Source: Cyanophora paradoxa CCMP329 (Eukaryota; Plantae; Glaucophyta). From it: 64,000 nucleotides of DNA. The notes beneath the pieces are model-generated. The model saw nothing but the letters and a program-made list of their open reading frames with translations. It did no database searches and was not told the DNA's origin. Positions 10,401 to 21,700 of the stretch are shown here, piece after piece. The stretch spans positions 186,001 to 250,000 of the forward strand of contig QPMI01000502.1 in assembly GCA_004431415.1 (NCBI GenBank), read 5' to 3'. Both the position numbers and the translations under genes were made by a program. Position 1 is the stretch's first letter. Each line of letters begins with the position of its first letter.

Positions 10401-13400
10401 GCGGGGCTGCTCCTTCAGCGGGGGGAGGGGCCGGGGCGGGGCGGGGACCTTGTCGGACCAGTGGGCGACGGCGCCGCGGGCGTCGAGGGCGAAGAGGGGC
10501 ACGGGGAGGCCCTCCAGCGGCACCTCGCCGCCCCCGCCCAGCCCCTGCCCCCCGCCCCGCGCGCCCCCGCTACCCTCAGACACCCTCCTCCCCCTCGCGC
10601 GAGGGCCCCGGCGCGCGCGCACCGAGCCCAGGAGGTTGCGCTCGCTCGCGCTCGCGAACGAGCCCCGGGCGGGGCCGGCGGGGCCGGCGGAGCCGGCGGG
10701 GCCGGGGCCGGCGGGGGGTCGGTGGGGAGGGGCTGGAGGGCGGGGCGGGCGGGGAGGCTGGCGGCGAGGCGGAACGCGTCGCCGGCGGCGGCCGCGAAGG
10801 CGGAGACGGCGGCGAGGTCGAGGTCCGACCAGCGCTCGCAGCGGTCCGCCACCTGCTGCCGCCACCTGCCCCGCCCCCCGCCCGTTGCTTGCGCCGCGCC
10901 CTTGCGGGTGCTTGGGGGGAGGGCGTGCGGGGCGCACCGCTCGAAGGAGGCGCGGGCCTCGAGGACGCCGTCGCGGACCACGTACGGCGTCGCGATGTCC
11001 CCCGCCCACGTCACGCTCCGCGCCTGCGCCTCCCGGAACTGCCGCCCCGCTCGCCCCGCTCACCCCTCGCCGCGCCGCGGGGCGGGGCCGGGGCGGGGCG
11101 CGGACCCAGAAGACGAGGGCGCCCTCGAGGGCGGCGGCCACGAAGCCGCCCTCCCACGCGGGCGGCTTGAGGCCCGGCACGCACGCCGCGAGCTCCTCGC
11201 GGGCGCTCTCGGCGCACCAGAGGGCGCGGGTGCGGCGCGGGAGGCCGCTGGGGCGGCGGCGCTCGAGGGCGGAGGCGGGGAGGAGGTCGGCGAGCTCGTC
11301 GCCGAGCTCGAGGGGCGGCAGGCCCCGCATCACGTCCGCCAGCGCCAGCACGCCCGCCTCCCCCGGCCCCCGCCCCGACCCCGTCACCCGCCCGCCCTGC
11401 ACCACCGCCGCCCCTGCGCCCCGCGCCCCGCGGGGCGGCGGTGGGAGGCGGCGCGGCGGCGCGGCGGGGGCGGCGGGGGCGGCGGGGGCACCGCAGCAGT
11501 CGAGGACGTCGCGGAGGGTGCCGCCGGCGTCGGGCCGCCGCGGCGCCGCCGGGGCGGCCCCTCGACGAGCGAGGCGCGGCGGGGCCGCCGGGGCGGGGCG
11601 AGGAGCGCGGCGGCGAGCTCCGCGGGGTCGGCCCCCGCCGCCCGCGAGAAGAGGTCCAGCGCGAGGCCCCTGCACGCGCGCCGCGCCGGCCCGTCAAAGG
11701 CGGGGGCCGGCGGGGGCGCGGGGCGCGGGGCGCGGGGGCGGCGGGGCGCGCTTGACGCGGAGGGCGGCGTCGCGGCGGCGGTCCACCGCCTCCATCTCCA
11801 GGCACTTCGCGAACACCTGCCCCCGGGCCCCGCCCCGCCTCGCACGGGGTGCAGGCGGCGGCGAGAGGGGGCGCGCGCGCGCCTGGATGAGGGGCAGGAG
11901 GGCCGTCCGCGTCGAGCCCGGCACGAAGCGCGGCCGCCGGCTGCCGCGGGGCGGGGCGTTCAACTTCGGCCCCGCGGGGGGCCAGCCGGCGGCGGGCGGA
12001 CCTGTGGGCGGTGACGAGGCCCCAGAGCCGCCGCTCGACGATGACGCAGAAGATGAGCTGCGCGGGGCGCGTCGGCAGACGCCGGCTGCGGCGCCCCGCG
12101 GAGCCAAGGCGCGCGGGCCTGGGCCATGGAGGAGATGTTGCGGTGGTACTGGTTGCAGCAGTCGCCGGCGGCGCGCAGCTGGCAGAAGCTCATGTCCAGC
12201 GGCCGCCGCGTCACGGGGTTCACGCTCGGCACGATCTCCACCCCCGCTGCCAGCCGCCGCCCCCGGCGCGTCGGGCGTACGGCGGGGGCGGGTGGCGGGG
12301 GCGGGGGCGGGGGCGGGGCCGGGGCGGGCGGACGGTCGGAGGCGTCGGGGATGAGGCGGACGCGGCCCTCGTGGAAGAGCTTCCGCGCGTTCGCCGGGAT
12401 ATCTGCGGCCCGCGCAGGCCGGCGGCGCTCAGGCCGGCCGGGCCCGCCAGGCCTCGGCCCTCCTTTTCGGGGGGCGCACCGGAGTCGGGGAAGTTGAGGC
12501 CGAGGAAGGAGTCGAGGCCGTCGGCGGGGCCCGGGGTGAGGTGCTCGCCGACGACGGCCCCGTGGCCCTCCTCGCAGAACTTGTACACCAGCACCCGCTC
12601 GAACCCCGTCAGCCCCGCCATCCCTGCCCGCGACGACGCGTGATCCAGAGCTCGCGAGGGGGGGGGGGGGGGCGCGCGCGGCCGGACCGGAGGCGACGGC
12701 GGCGCAGAGCTCGGCCTCTGTGCAGAGGACGTTGAGGCGGTCGATGACGGGCCGCACGGCCCCCGGCGGGCAGAGCGCGATGGGCTCCTGCGCGGCGGCG
12801 GCCTCGGAGGCTCGACGGGGGCGGGCGCCGGGGCGGCGGGGGACCTTGAAGAGGGCCTCGGAGTCGGGGTGGGCGGGGCGGGCGCAGCGCAGGGCGCCCC
12901 AGCGCCGCCCCGCCGGCCCCGCCCCCGCCCGGGCTCCTCCCCACCAGCGGCTCCAGCTCCAGCTGCCGCCCCCGCGCGTCGGCCGGGCCCGGTGCCCCGG
13001 GGGAGCCGCCGGGGCGCGGGCGCGGGGCGCGCACCACGGCGAGGCCGACGCCGGCGGGGGCGCCCTCCGCCGGCGGCCGGTGCAGCGCCGCGTCCCACCT
13101 GCGCGCGGGGCCTCGCCTCGCGGCCGCTGGCCGGGGCGGGGCGGGGCGGGGCGGACCGGGTGCCGGAGCGGGAGGCGCGGAGGAGGAGGGAGCCCCAGTC
13201 GGGGAGGTCCTCGGGGGGGCGGGCGAGGGCGGCCTTGAGCGCGGCGATGCTCGCCTCGTCGAGGGCCACGTCGATGCACTTGCCCAGCAGCGCCTCCGCC
13301 CCGAGGCCCAGCGCCCGCTCGCAGTTCACCGAGACCTGCCACCGCCCGCGTCCCGCCCGCCTCGGCCGGCGCCCCCCGGCCCGCCGCGCCGCGCGCGCAC

Positions 13401-13789
13401 CTGACACACGACCCGCGAGTCCGTGAGGACGACCAGCACGCCTGCGCACGACGCAGTCAGAGGGGCACGCGCCGGCCCGGCCGCCGAGCCGCCGTCGCAT
13501 GCATATGGGCTCGAGCCGCCGCGCGAGTTCGCAGCAACTTCGCACCCCTGCGCACGCGTGCGTTGCATGTCAGCGCTGCAGAAAGGGCTCGCTGGGGAGC
13601 GTCAGGGCACGCACTGCCTCTGGCATTTGCCCCCATAACGAAGCTACGAGCCGAAGTCAAGAGGGAGCGCGATGCGAGCACGCCGCGGTTCGAAGTGACA
13701 CGGACCTCGATGTTGTGCGATTTGTCAGCGAGCACCGCGATTTCCGGCTCGGCTGAAGGCCCAGGCCGGCCTTCATTTCCCGAGGCCAT
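7423..13789 (-). CDS. Phytochrome, hybrid histidine kinase type (PAS-GAF-PHY-PAS-HisKA-HATPase-REC), multi-exon; glaucophyte GPS-like
   Basis: Spliced reading gives [10 protein letters not shown] (PAS), [10 protein letters not shown]...[19 protein letters not shown]...RVRLIPD...[18 protein letters not shown]...LWGLVTAH (GAF), WFRE...VTWAGD...ARASFERWRQQV (PHY) and one output PAS (CQDVT). The kinase has [32 protein letters not shown] and GGTGLGLAI. REC has LVEDN, LMDCMMP and LTKPV. The start codon and exons 1-3 are less certain. Confidence 0.93.
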
Positions 13790-16092
13790 TATAAGAATAA
13801 TGATCAGCGGCGCTGGCGCCGGCTGACCGTGCTGCTACTGCAGGGGGGCCTGCGCGGGCTGGCCGGGCCTGGCCCGCCGCGGCCGTGTACCGTAGTACGT
13901 GTGCGCGCAGCGTAAACGCGCAAATCACGGCTACTGCGCTGCGCAGGCTGCGCTGCCACCACAGTGCACACTCCGGGGCGCTGGAAGCTGCGCGCGCGCT
14001 GCCGCAGCTGCAGTGCTGGACTCCGCGGGAGACTGCCGGGGCCCGGGGCTGGGCTAGTAGAGAGATATCGAATCTTATATTATCGATGCGCCGGCGGGCC
14101 GGCGCCGGCGCGGCGTTCACGAACGTTAGCGTGCTGCAGCACTGCTGCTCCGGTCTGGCGCCGGGCCGCCGGCGGTGACGGGCGGTCCCCCGGCCCGGTC
14201 CGAGTTGCACGACACGAGTCCCCGGATCCGAACGAAGGCTCGAAGCACTCTGACGGGTACGCATGCGCAACCGGTACCGTACCGATTCGCACGCGTATGA
14301 CCAGTACGTACTACGGCACGACGGGTACGTGTACCGTGTACATGTACCGTGTGTACGCCATGCACTAGTAGAGCAGTCGTTGCTGACTCAGTAACGACTC
14401 AATGCCGAGAGGCCGAATTCGAATTCGGCAATTTTAAGCCACGGCATTTCTCAGGGGGGGCCACGGCATTTCTCAGGGGGTAGGGCGAAACGGCCACTTT
14501 CGTATGGCGTGACATTTATTGGAGTCGTAGTCTCGACTCGTAGTCTGAGAGACGTAGATCTACTTATATAATTAGAAGAAATCCAGAGTTCCGGCAATTT
14601 ATCGTCACGCGTACGGCAATATTCCGGTTTTGGTCCGACGGTCGATCGGATTCGGCAATTTAACTACACGGCAATTTAATTAAGCATTCCTAATAATTTC
14701 CTATACGTACAGTATCGATCAAATTAACTTGAAACGTTAACTTGAACCTGCACGTGCACGTGCTGTACATGTTGAGTAAATCATGTCTCAATCGTGACGG
14801 CTCACGCGTGCGCATGCCACGTGCACGGTGCGGCAGCCGTACCGGTACCGGTGACGCGCCAATTTTGCATTGGACTGAGCCGGCCGGCAGGCCGGCTTGG
14901 CCGGCTTGGGCCGGCTGGCCGGCCGGCTTGGCTTGGCTTGACCGTGAGCGCCCGCGGCCGGGGCTTGGCTTGGCTGAAGCCGACTTTTTGGCCGGCAATT
15001 GCAAGCCGGCCGCAGCCGCCGCACCCCTATACTATGATATTTGACTCCTGTTCACGGTTGGGGCCTGTGAGGCTGTGAGCCTGTGACGCCTGTCTCTCCA
15101 GTGAGTCTCCACTGCAGACATCGACACTGATTCGACAGTGATTCGGAATTCGACAGTGAATCGACACCGATGGCATTCGATGCCGTCAGCCAAGCTCCGA
15201 ATCGCGCCGGATCCGAGGCTCCGAGTTCAATCCGTACCTTCTTTTTCAAACCTTGTGATTGGCCAGTTTGACTTGTACATGAACATGCGTATGAGTACTA
15301 GGAAGTTAGTAGGAACCGGCAGCATTCACTTGTAGTACTTACATCCAAATCTATTTATTACAAGCAGGGGGGGCTCCGCCCCCCCGCACCCCCCCCGCTT
15401 GCTAGCTGGGTACAGACCGTATAGCACAGCTCGTTTTTTTCCCCAATCGACTAGACATGCCCGTTGTATGGGCAAGGGCAGCCGGCGATCGCGATAACTT
15501 TTCACCCGCTTCGAGCCGGATAGTGCGCCAACGTCAGCGTGTAGCCGGCAAGCTACCGGGTAGATTAGTGCTAGCCCGGTCCTAGCCAACGTAATAGCCG
15601 AAGAGCGATTTCATTTTAACCGGTTTTCAGCCTTGGGTGAACTAGTACTTTGGTCGACCGGTAAAAAAAACGAGCTGTGAGCTATATTTATATATATGTC
15701 CATGGATTTAAATTGACCAACAAGATCCGTGCTCCTGCGGAGCACTAAGTACGGCGAAGCCTCGCGGACGCCCTCGCGGCTGTCACAGTAGGCGGCCAGG
15801 CTAGCGCTGGCCCATGGCCATGGCCAGCTGCAGCGTGCAGCCCCGCCCATGGCCAGCTACATGGCCGGGTTTCGCCGGCTTGGCCATGGCTAAACCAGCT
15901 AGAGGGAGAGCTGGCTGGCCAGAGAGCAATTTAATGAGGAGAGAGAATAAATAATTAATTAGGGGAGGAGTTGGACCGGTAATGGTTGCTTTTAACTGGT
16001 GGAGAAGATCGAGACGAGATTTATTTAATTGGGTATTAATATATTGTTGGGGGCGGAGGGGGGGGGGGGGAGGGCCCGGCGAGGTTCTCGCA

Positions 16093-17412
16093 GCCAGGCG
16101 CATGCACACAGCTTGCGAATCGCTTAAACAGAACCTCGGATGCATATAGTATCAATGTGCAGGGCTGCGGAGGCGAGGGCGCGCGGAAAGCTGTGCAGGC
16201 CCTTTCAGGATCGAATTTTTGCGTCGGCTGGGTTCTCGTGCCCTGTCGCGCCCGCAGAGCTCGCGAAAAGCTTTACTAAAATCTCAAATGAATATTGTAG
16301 CGATGCGCATGCGCGAGGATGCGAGGGCGTGCGGAAAGGTCTTCAGGTCTGTAGAGGATCGAATTTTCGGGGTAGGCTGCCAGGCGCATGCACACAGCTT
16401 GCGAATCGCTTAAACAGAACCTCGGATGCATATAGTATCAATGTGCAGGGCTGCGGAGGCGAGGGCGCGCGGAAAGCTGTGCAGGCCCGTTCAGGATCGA
16501 ATTTTTGCCATCGGCTGGGTTCTCGTGCCCTGTCGCGCCCGCAGAGCTCGCGAAAAGCTTTAATAAAATCTCAAATGAATATTGTAGCGATGCGCATGCG
16601 CGAGGATGCGAGGGCGGGCGGAAAGGTCTTCAGGTCTGTAGAGGATCGAATTTTCGGGGTCGGCTGGGTCCTCGCGGCCCGGCGCATCTGCAAAGCATGC
16701 GGAATGCTTCATCTACATCTCAAATGCTTATGCTATCGGCCCGTGCATGCGCCGCGGCGTGGGCGCGCGGAAAGATGTCCGGGTCCATGCAGGATCGAAT
16801 TTTTGCCATCGGCTGGCTTCTTGTGTTCTTCCGCGTCTTCGAAGCTTGTGGAAGGCTTTGATAAAATCTCAAATGAATATTGTAGCGATGCGCAGACGGG
16901 AGGACGGGAGGGCGCGCGGAAAGTTGTTCAGGTCTGAAGAGGATCGAATTTTCGGGGTCGGCTGGGTCCTCGCGGCCCGGCACATCTGTAAAGCATGCGA
17001 AACGCTTGATTTACATCTCAGATGCTTATGCTATTGTTCCGCGCGTGCGCCGCGGCGTGGGCGCGCGGAAAGATGTCCGGGTCTGTGCAGGATCGAATTT
17101 TTGCCGTCGGCTGGGTTCTCGTGCTCTTTCGCGTCTTCGAAGCTTGTGGAAGGCTTCGATAAAATCTCAACTGAATATTGTAGCGATCGCGATGCGCTCG
17201 TGTGAGGACGCGAGGGTGCGCGGAAAGCTGTGCAGGTCCGTCGAGGATCGAATTTTCGGGGTCGGCTGGATCCCCGCGGCCCGGCACATCCGTAAAGCGT
17301 GCGGAAGGCTTCTTCTACATCTCAAATGCTTATGCTATTGTTCCGCGCATGCGCCGCGGCGCGGGCGCGCGGAAAGATGCCCGGGCCTGTGCAGGATCGA
17401 ATTTTTGCCGTC
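16093..17412. repeat. Satellite with ~149-bp monomer arranged as A/B dimers (~290-300 bp)
   Basis: GGATCGAATTTT at 16208, 16356, 16494, 16643, 16792, 16941, 17090, 17245 and 17394. Alternate monomers carry aaaatctcaaatgaatattgtagcgat. Confidence 0.92.
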
Positions 17413-18795
17413 GGGTACCTTCCTGCGCTGTTCGGCCTCCGAAAAGCGGATTTCGGGGGTGCGCAGGCCCTGCTATGTCTATGCGCGCCAGTACGCATTG
17501 ATTGCGCGTGTCGCGGGACCGGCCGGAACCGGCCGGATCAAATTTTCGGCCGACTCTTCGCACTGGGGCGTCGAGGGCGCCCGAAAGCGAGCTTGCGGCG
17601 ATCCGCTCGCGCTCGCGCGTCACTCTGTATCGTTCTGGGGCGTCCCTGGCGCGCTTTCGTCGCGGGACCGGGCGGGACCGGGTCCCACCTTCTGACTCGG
17701 ACTGCATTTGTCGGAGGTTAAGTACCGGAATTGATCCAGAGGGAAATTCGATTTTCGGGCGACGCCCACGGGAGAGCGGTCGTCTTAGGGGAGCCAGGAC
17801 GCTAGAAATGGATCTAGAGAGGTCTGTGGGGGTTAGGGTAGCTGAGTCATTTGTGTGTGATGGGGGAAGCGTCACGTCCGTGTCGAGGAAAAATTATTAA
17901 TTTTTCATGAGGAGGCTGGACAGGAAAATTATTTACAGGGGGGACGAAAAAATTCGGGTTCGAATCCGATCGGAATTTGGCTCGTTGTTGACCGGGTTTG
18001 AGAAAGAGGCTTCGCCTGATCACGAAATCGCTCGAGTTTCCGACTGGGGCTTTTGACTCGACTCGCCGTAGTAAGCAATTGTGACGTACCCGGCCTCTTT
18101 GATTTAAATTGTCCAATCACCAAATCGACCGAGTTTTAGACTGAAGCTTTTTGACTCGACTCGCTGTAGTAAACGATTGGTGTTTTCCGCCAGCGAAAGG
18201 GTCCTATGGGTACACCAAACCACAGTACTAAGCGGGCTGGATCCGCTTGTTTTTCTTGACAAACACACCATTCGGCACGGTTTCCAGTGGCATTTTTTCG
18301 CTTCTCCAGGCTCAGACCAGCCGTAGTTCGAAGGTTGCAAATGGCAAATTTGGCAGCAAAAGGTAAGCGTCGTCCGCAGAGTTGCAATTTCCCAGCCTGG
18401 CCTGGTACTGTGGTGAAAAGGTACTATAGTTCATTGTACTACTGTTAGGCTATAGCTAAAACAACTTATTAGTAAACATGTTACTAGGGGCCCGGGGAAT
18501 CATGATCATTCCCCAAAGTCCCCTTCCCTCCCCGAAGTTCGAGTGTCCTCAGTGACTCCCCAGTGAGTCCCCACCTGTGGAGCACAGGCTGTGGTCGCGC
18601 GCGTGCACGCGGCGCCACGCGCACGTGGGTGTGGTCCTCCACGGTGCACACTGCACAGCGCTAGCGAACTTCGGGAGAGCTATGCACAAGTGCACCAAGG
18701 CAAGCGCGGCGAGGGGCCCTTCACAACGAGAGAAAGGCAGGGACGAGGAGGGGCCTCCGGGGAGAGGGGGTGGGAGGGGAGATGGGGTGGGTGGG

Positions 18796-21700
18796 TCACA
18801 TACCGCGGCCGCTGGCGAGGAAGGGGGCGGCGTGGGCGAGGGCGGGGTCGCCCCAGGGGACGGGGAGCGGGGCGGTGGGGAGGAGGGCCGACGCCCCGGC
18901 CCCCTCCTCGAAGAGCGACCGCCGCACCGACGGCCGCTGCAGCGCCGCGTAGGCCGCGGCGGCGGCGGCGGCTGCTGCTGCGGCGGCGGCCGCCGAGGGG
19001 GAGGCGGAGGGCGGGCGGGGCCGGCGCCGGGGTGGGCCCTGCGGAGGGCGAGGCAGCGGGGACTGTGCGGGGAGGTGCGGGTGAGGGGCAGGGAGGGGAC
19101 GGGCCCCGCGGAGTGGGAGGCGGGGGAGGCGTCCGGGGCGGGGAAGGGCGGCCAGGGGCGGCGGGGGCGGGGAAGAAGGAGGCGAGGGCGGCGCGGAGGG
19201 CCTTGAGGCGCGCGAGGGCGGCGCCCATGTCGGCCCGCGCGCCCCGCACTCGGCGGCCACGCCGGCGAGCTCGGCCTCGGCGTAGGCGTGCGCCTCGTGC
19301 GCCCCGCCGCCCTCCTCCGCGACCCGCGCGAGCAGCTCCCGCAGGATGTGCGCCAGGTGCGTCGCCGCCGGCATGGGCGGGCCCTGGCCCTCCCGCCGCG
19401 CCGCCGCCGCGCAGCGGGAGAGGGACCAGGGGGAGACCTTGACGCGGTGGCGCTCGTCGAGGAGGAGGGAGACGGGGGCGCCCCCCGGGGGGAGCAGCCC
19501 GCTGCGCTCCAGCAGGTCCAGGCCCTCCGCGGCGTCGCTCGCCATCAGCACGAGGCGCTGCGCGGCGGCGGGGCCGCGCTCCGGGCCGGCGCCGGCCTTG
19601 CGGAGCTGCTGCTCGTGCTCGAGGAGCGCCAGGAGCTCCCCGCAGGGCATGTACTCCATCACCAGCGCCGCCTCCCGCTCCACGCAGACCCCGATGAGCT
19701 CCACCACGCGCGGGTGCCGCGTCGAGCGCGCCACCCGCAGCGTGTGCGCGAGCGTGCCCAGCAGCGCCGCGGCGTCGGGGGCGAGGGCGTCGGCGGGGGC
19801 GCGCTTGACGGCGACGGGGCGGTCGCGGAGGAGGGCGCGGAAGACGGCGGAGCAGGCGCCCTCGGCGACCGCCTGCTGCAGCACGAGCTCCGCGGGGGAG
19901 ACGAACCCGTCCTCCCCGCCCGCCGCCACGCCCCGGGCCCCGCCCCCGCCGCCGCCGCCGCCCCGCCGCGCCCTCGCCGGCGGGCGCAGCAGGAAGTCCA
20001 GCGACTGCTCCGCCACGTCGGCGAGCTCCTCCTCGGCCGCCCCGCTCGCCCCGCCGGCGGTGGCGCGGCCGGGGGCGGCGGGCCGGGGCGCGGCGGCCCG
20101 CGAGGAAGCGGTCGCCGGCCGGCGAGGCGGGCGCCGATGCCGCCTGCCAGGCGGGGCCCGCCCGAGGGCCCCGGCCCCCGCTGCCGCCGAGAGGGGCCCG
20201 CCGGCGTGCCGGGCTCCGAGCGCGGCGCCTGCGAGAGCTTCGGGATCGAGATGCCGAGCGGGCCGCCGACGCCGAACTGCAGCTGCTCGGGCCACCGCGG
20301 CGCGCCCCAGGGACCCCCGGGGGCACGGCGGCGCCGGCGGGGCGGTGGGCGAGAGGAGCAGGCGACCTGCGGGCCGGGGGTGGAGGAGGAGGTGGCGAGG
20401 CGCGGGGCGGACTGGTGCCCGGGGCGGGGGCGCGAGGCCGGGGCCGGGGCGCCCGTCGGGGGGCAGGCGGGCGGAGGAGAAGAGCATGCCGGCGGAGGAG
20501 GGCGGGACGGCGTCGCGGGGGCCCCCGAGGGGAGGCGGAAGCTGCGCCCGCCGGCGACCGGCTCGGGCTGGGGCGAGGGGGCCCGGGGGGCCGGGCGCGA
20601 GGGCCGCCGCCTCGGGGTCGGCCGGCGAGGGCGAGGCGAGGCCGCCCCCGAGAAGAGCGTCTTCCACCCCCTGTCGGGCGCTCAGTGGGGCCCGCGGGCG
20701 CGCGGCGGCGACGGCGGGGGGCGCACCAGATGTTGGACATCGTGTTGAAGGGGCCGGGGCTACCCGCCAGCGGCCCCCAAGGCCCAGGCCCAGCGGCCCC
20801 GGCGAGGCCGGCCCATCGCCCCCTCGGCGGGGGCCGGCGGGGCGGGGGCGAGGGGCGCGCGGAAGGGGCGGCCGGCCGAGGGGCGCGGCGGCGGGGCGGC
20901 GAGCGGGGAGGCGCCAGGGGACGGGAGGCGCCGGAGGGAGGGAGTTGGAGCGGGGGGCGAGGCTGGGCGGGAAGGCGGGGCCGACGCGGGGCGACGGGCC
21001 CTCGTCCCCCGAGAGCGACCCCGCGCTCCGCGCGCTCTCCGGCAGCCCCGCGCCGCCCGTTGCCGCCGGCATCGGCAGCGGCAGCGGCACCAGGCCGGCC
21101 CCCGGCGCCCCTGCCGCCGCCCCGGCCGGGCCACGCGGGCCCATCGCAGCGGGCGCCGCGCCGCGGGTGCGGGCGCCGCGGGTTGTTCCGGGGCGGCGGG
21201 CGGGAGGGGCGGGACGGGAAGGAGGCCGTCGGAGGGGCCGCGGGCGTCGGCGGAGAGGGGCGCGGGGCGGGCGGCACGGCGGCCGGGGCCAGCGCGGGGG
21301 CGGGGGAGGGGGGCCCCCCTTGGGCGCCCCCTTCGCTGCGGCCCTGGCGCCGCGGGCGGAGGCGGCGGGGCCGGGGCGGCGGCGGCGGCGGCGGCGTAGC
21401 GGAGGGGCGCGGAGGAGACGGGCGGGGCGGGGAGCGGCAGCTGCGCCTGCGACTGTCCGGTCGGAGAGGCGAGAGGCGCGGCGGCGGCGGGCGAGGGCGC
21501 TGCCGGCGGCCGCTGTCCGCCCGGGGCGGCGGGAGAAGAAGCAGGGGCGGCCTGCACAGGTCCGGCGGGGCGGCGGGGGCGGAGATGGAGGGCGGGGCAA
21601 ACGCGCAAGTGGCGGGGAGGGGATGGGAGGGGCAGCGGGAGGATGGCCCCCCGGAAGGGGCCGGGCCCGGGCGCGCGCCGGCCCCGGGCCCTTCAGAGGG

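Noticed and set aside
12840-12960. Apparent frameshifts inside phytochrome exons (also ~11520-11600 and ~9930-10000) suggesting a pseudogene
   Set aside because: They fall in G/C homopolymer-rich linkers where unrecognised introns or single-base assembly errors are likely, and all catalytic and chromophore motifs are intact.
16093-17412. Regularly spaced GGATCGAATTTT as a CRISPR array
   Set aside because: The intervening sequences are themselves homologous, the period is about 149 bp, no cas genes are present and the context is eukaryotic.
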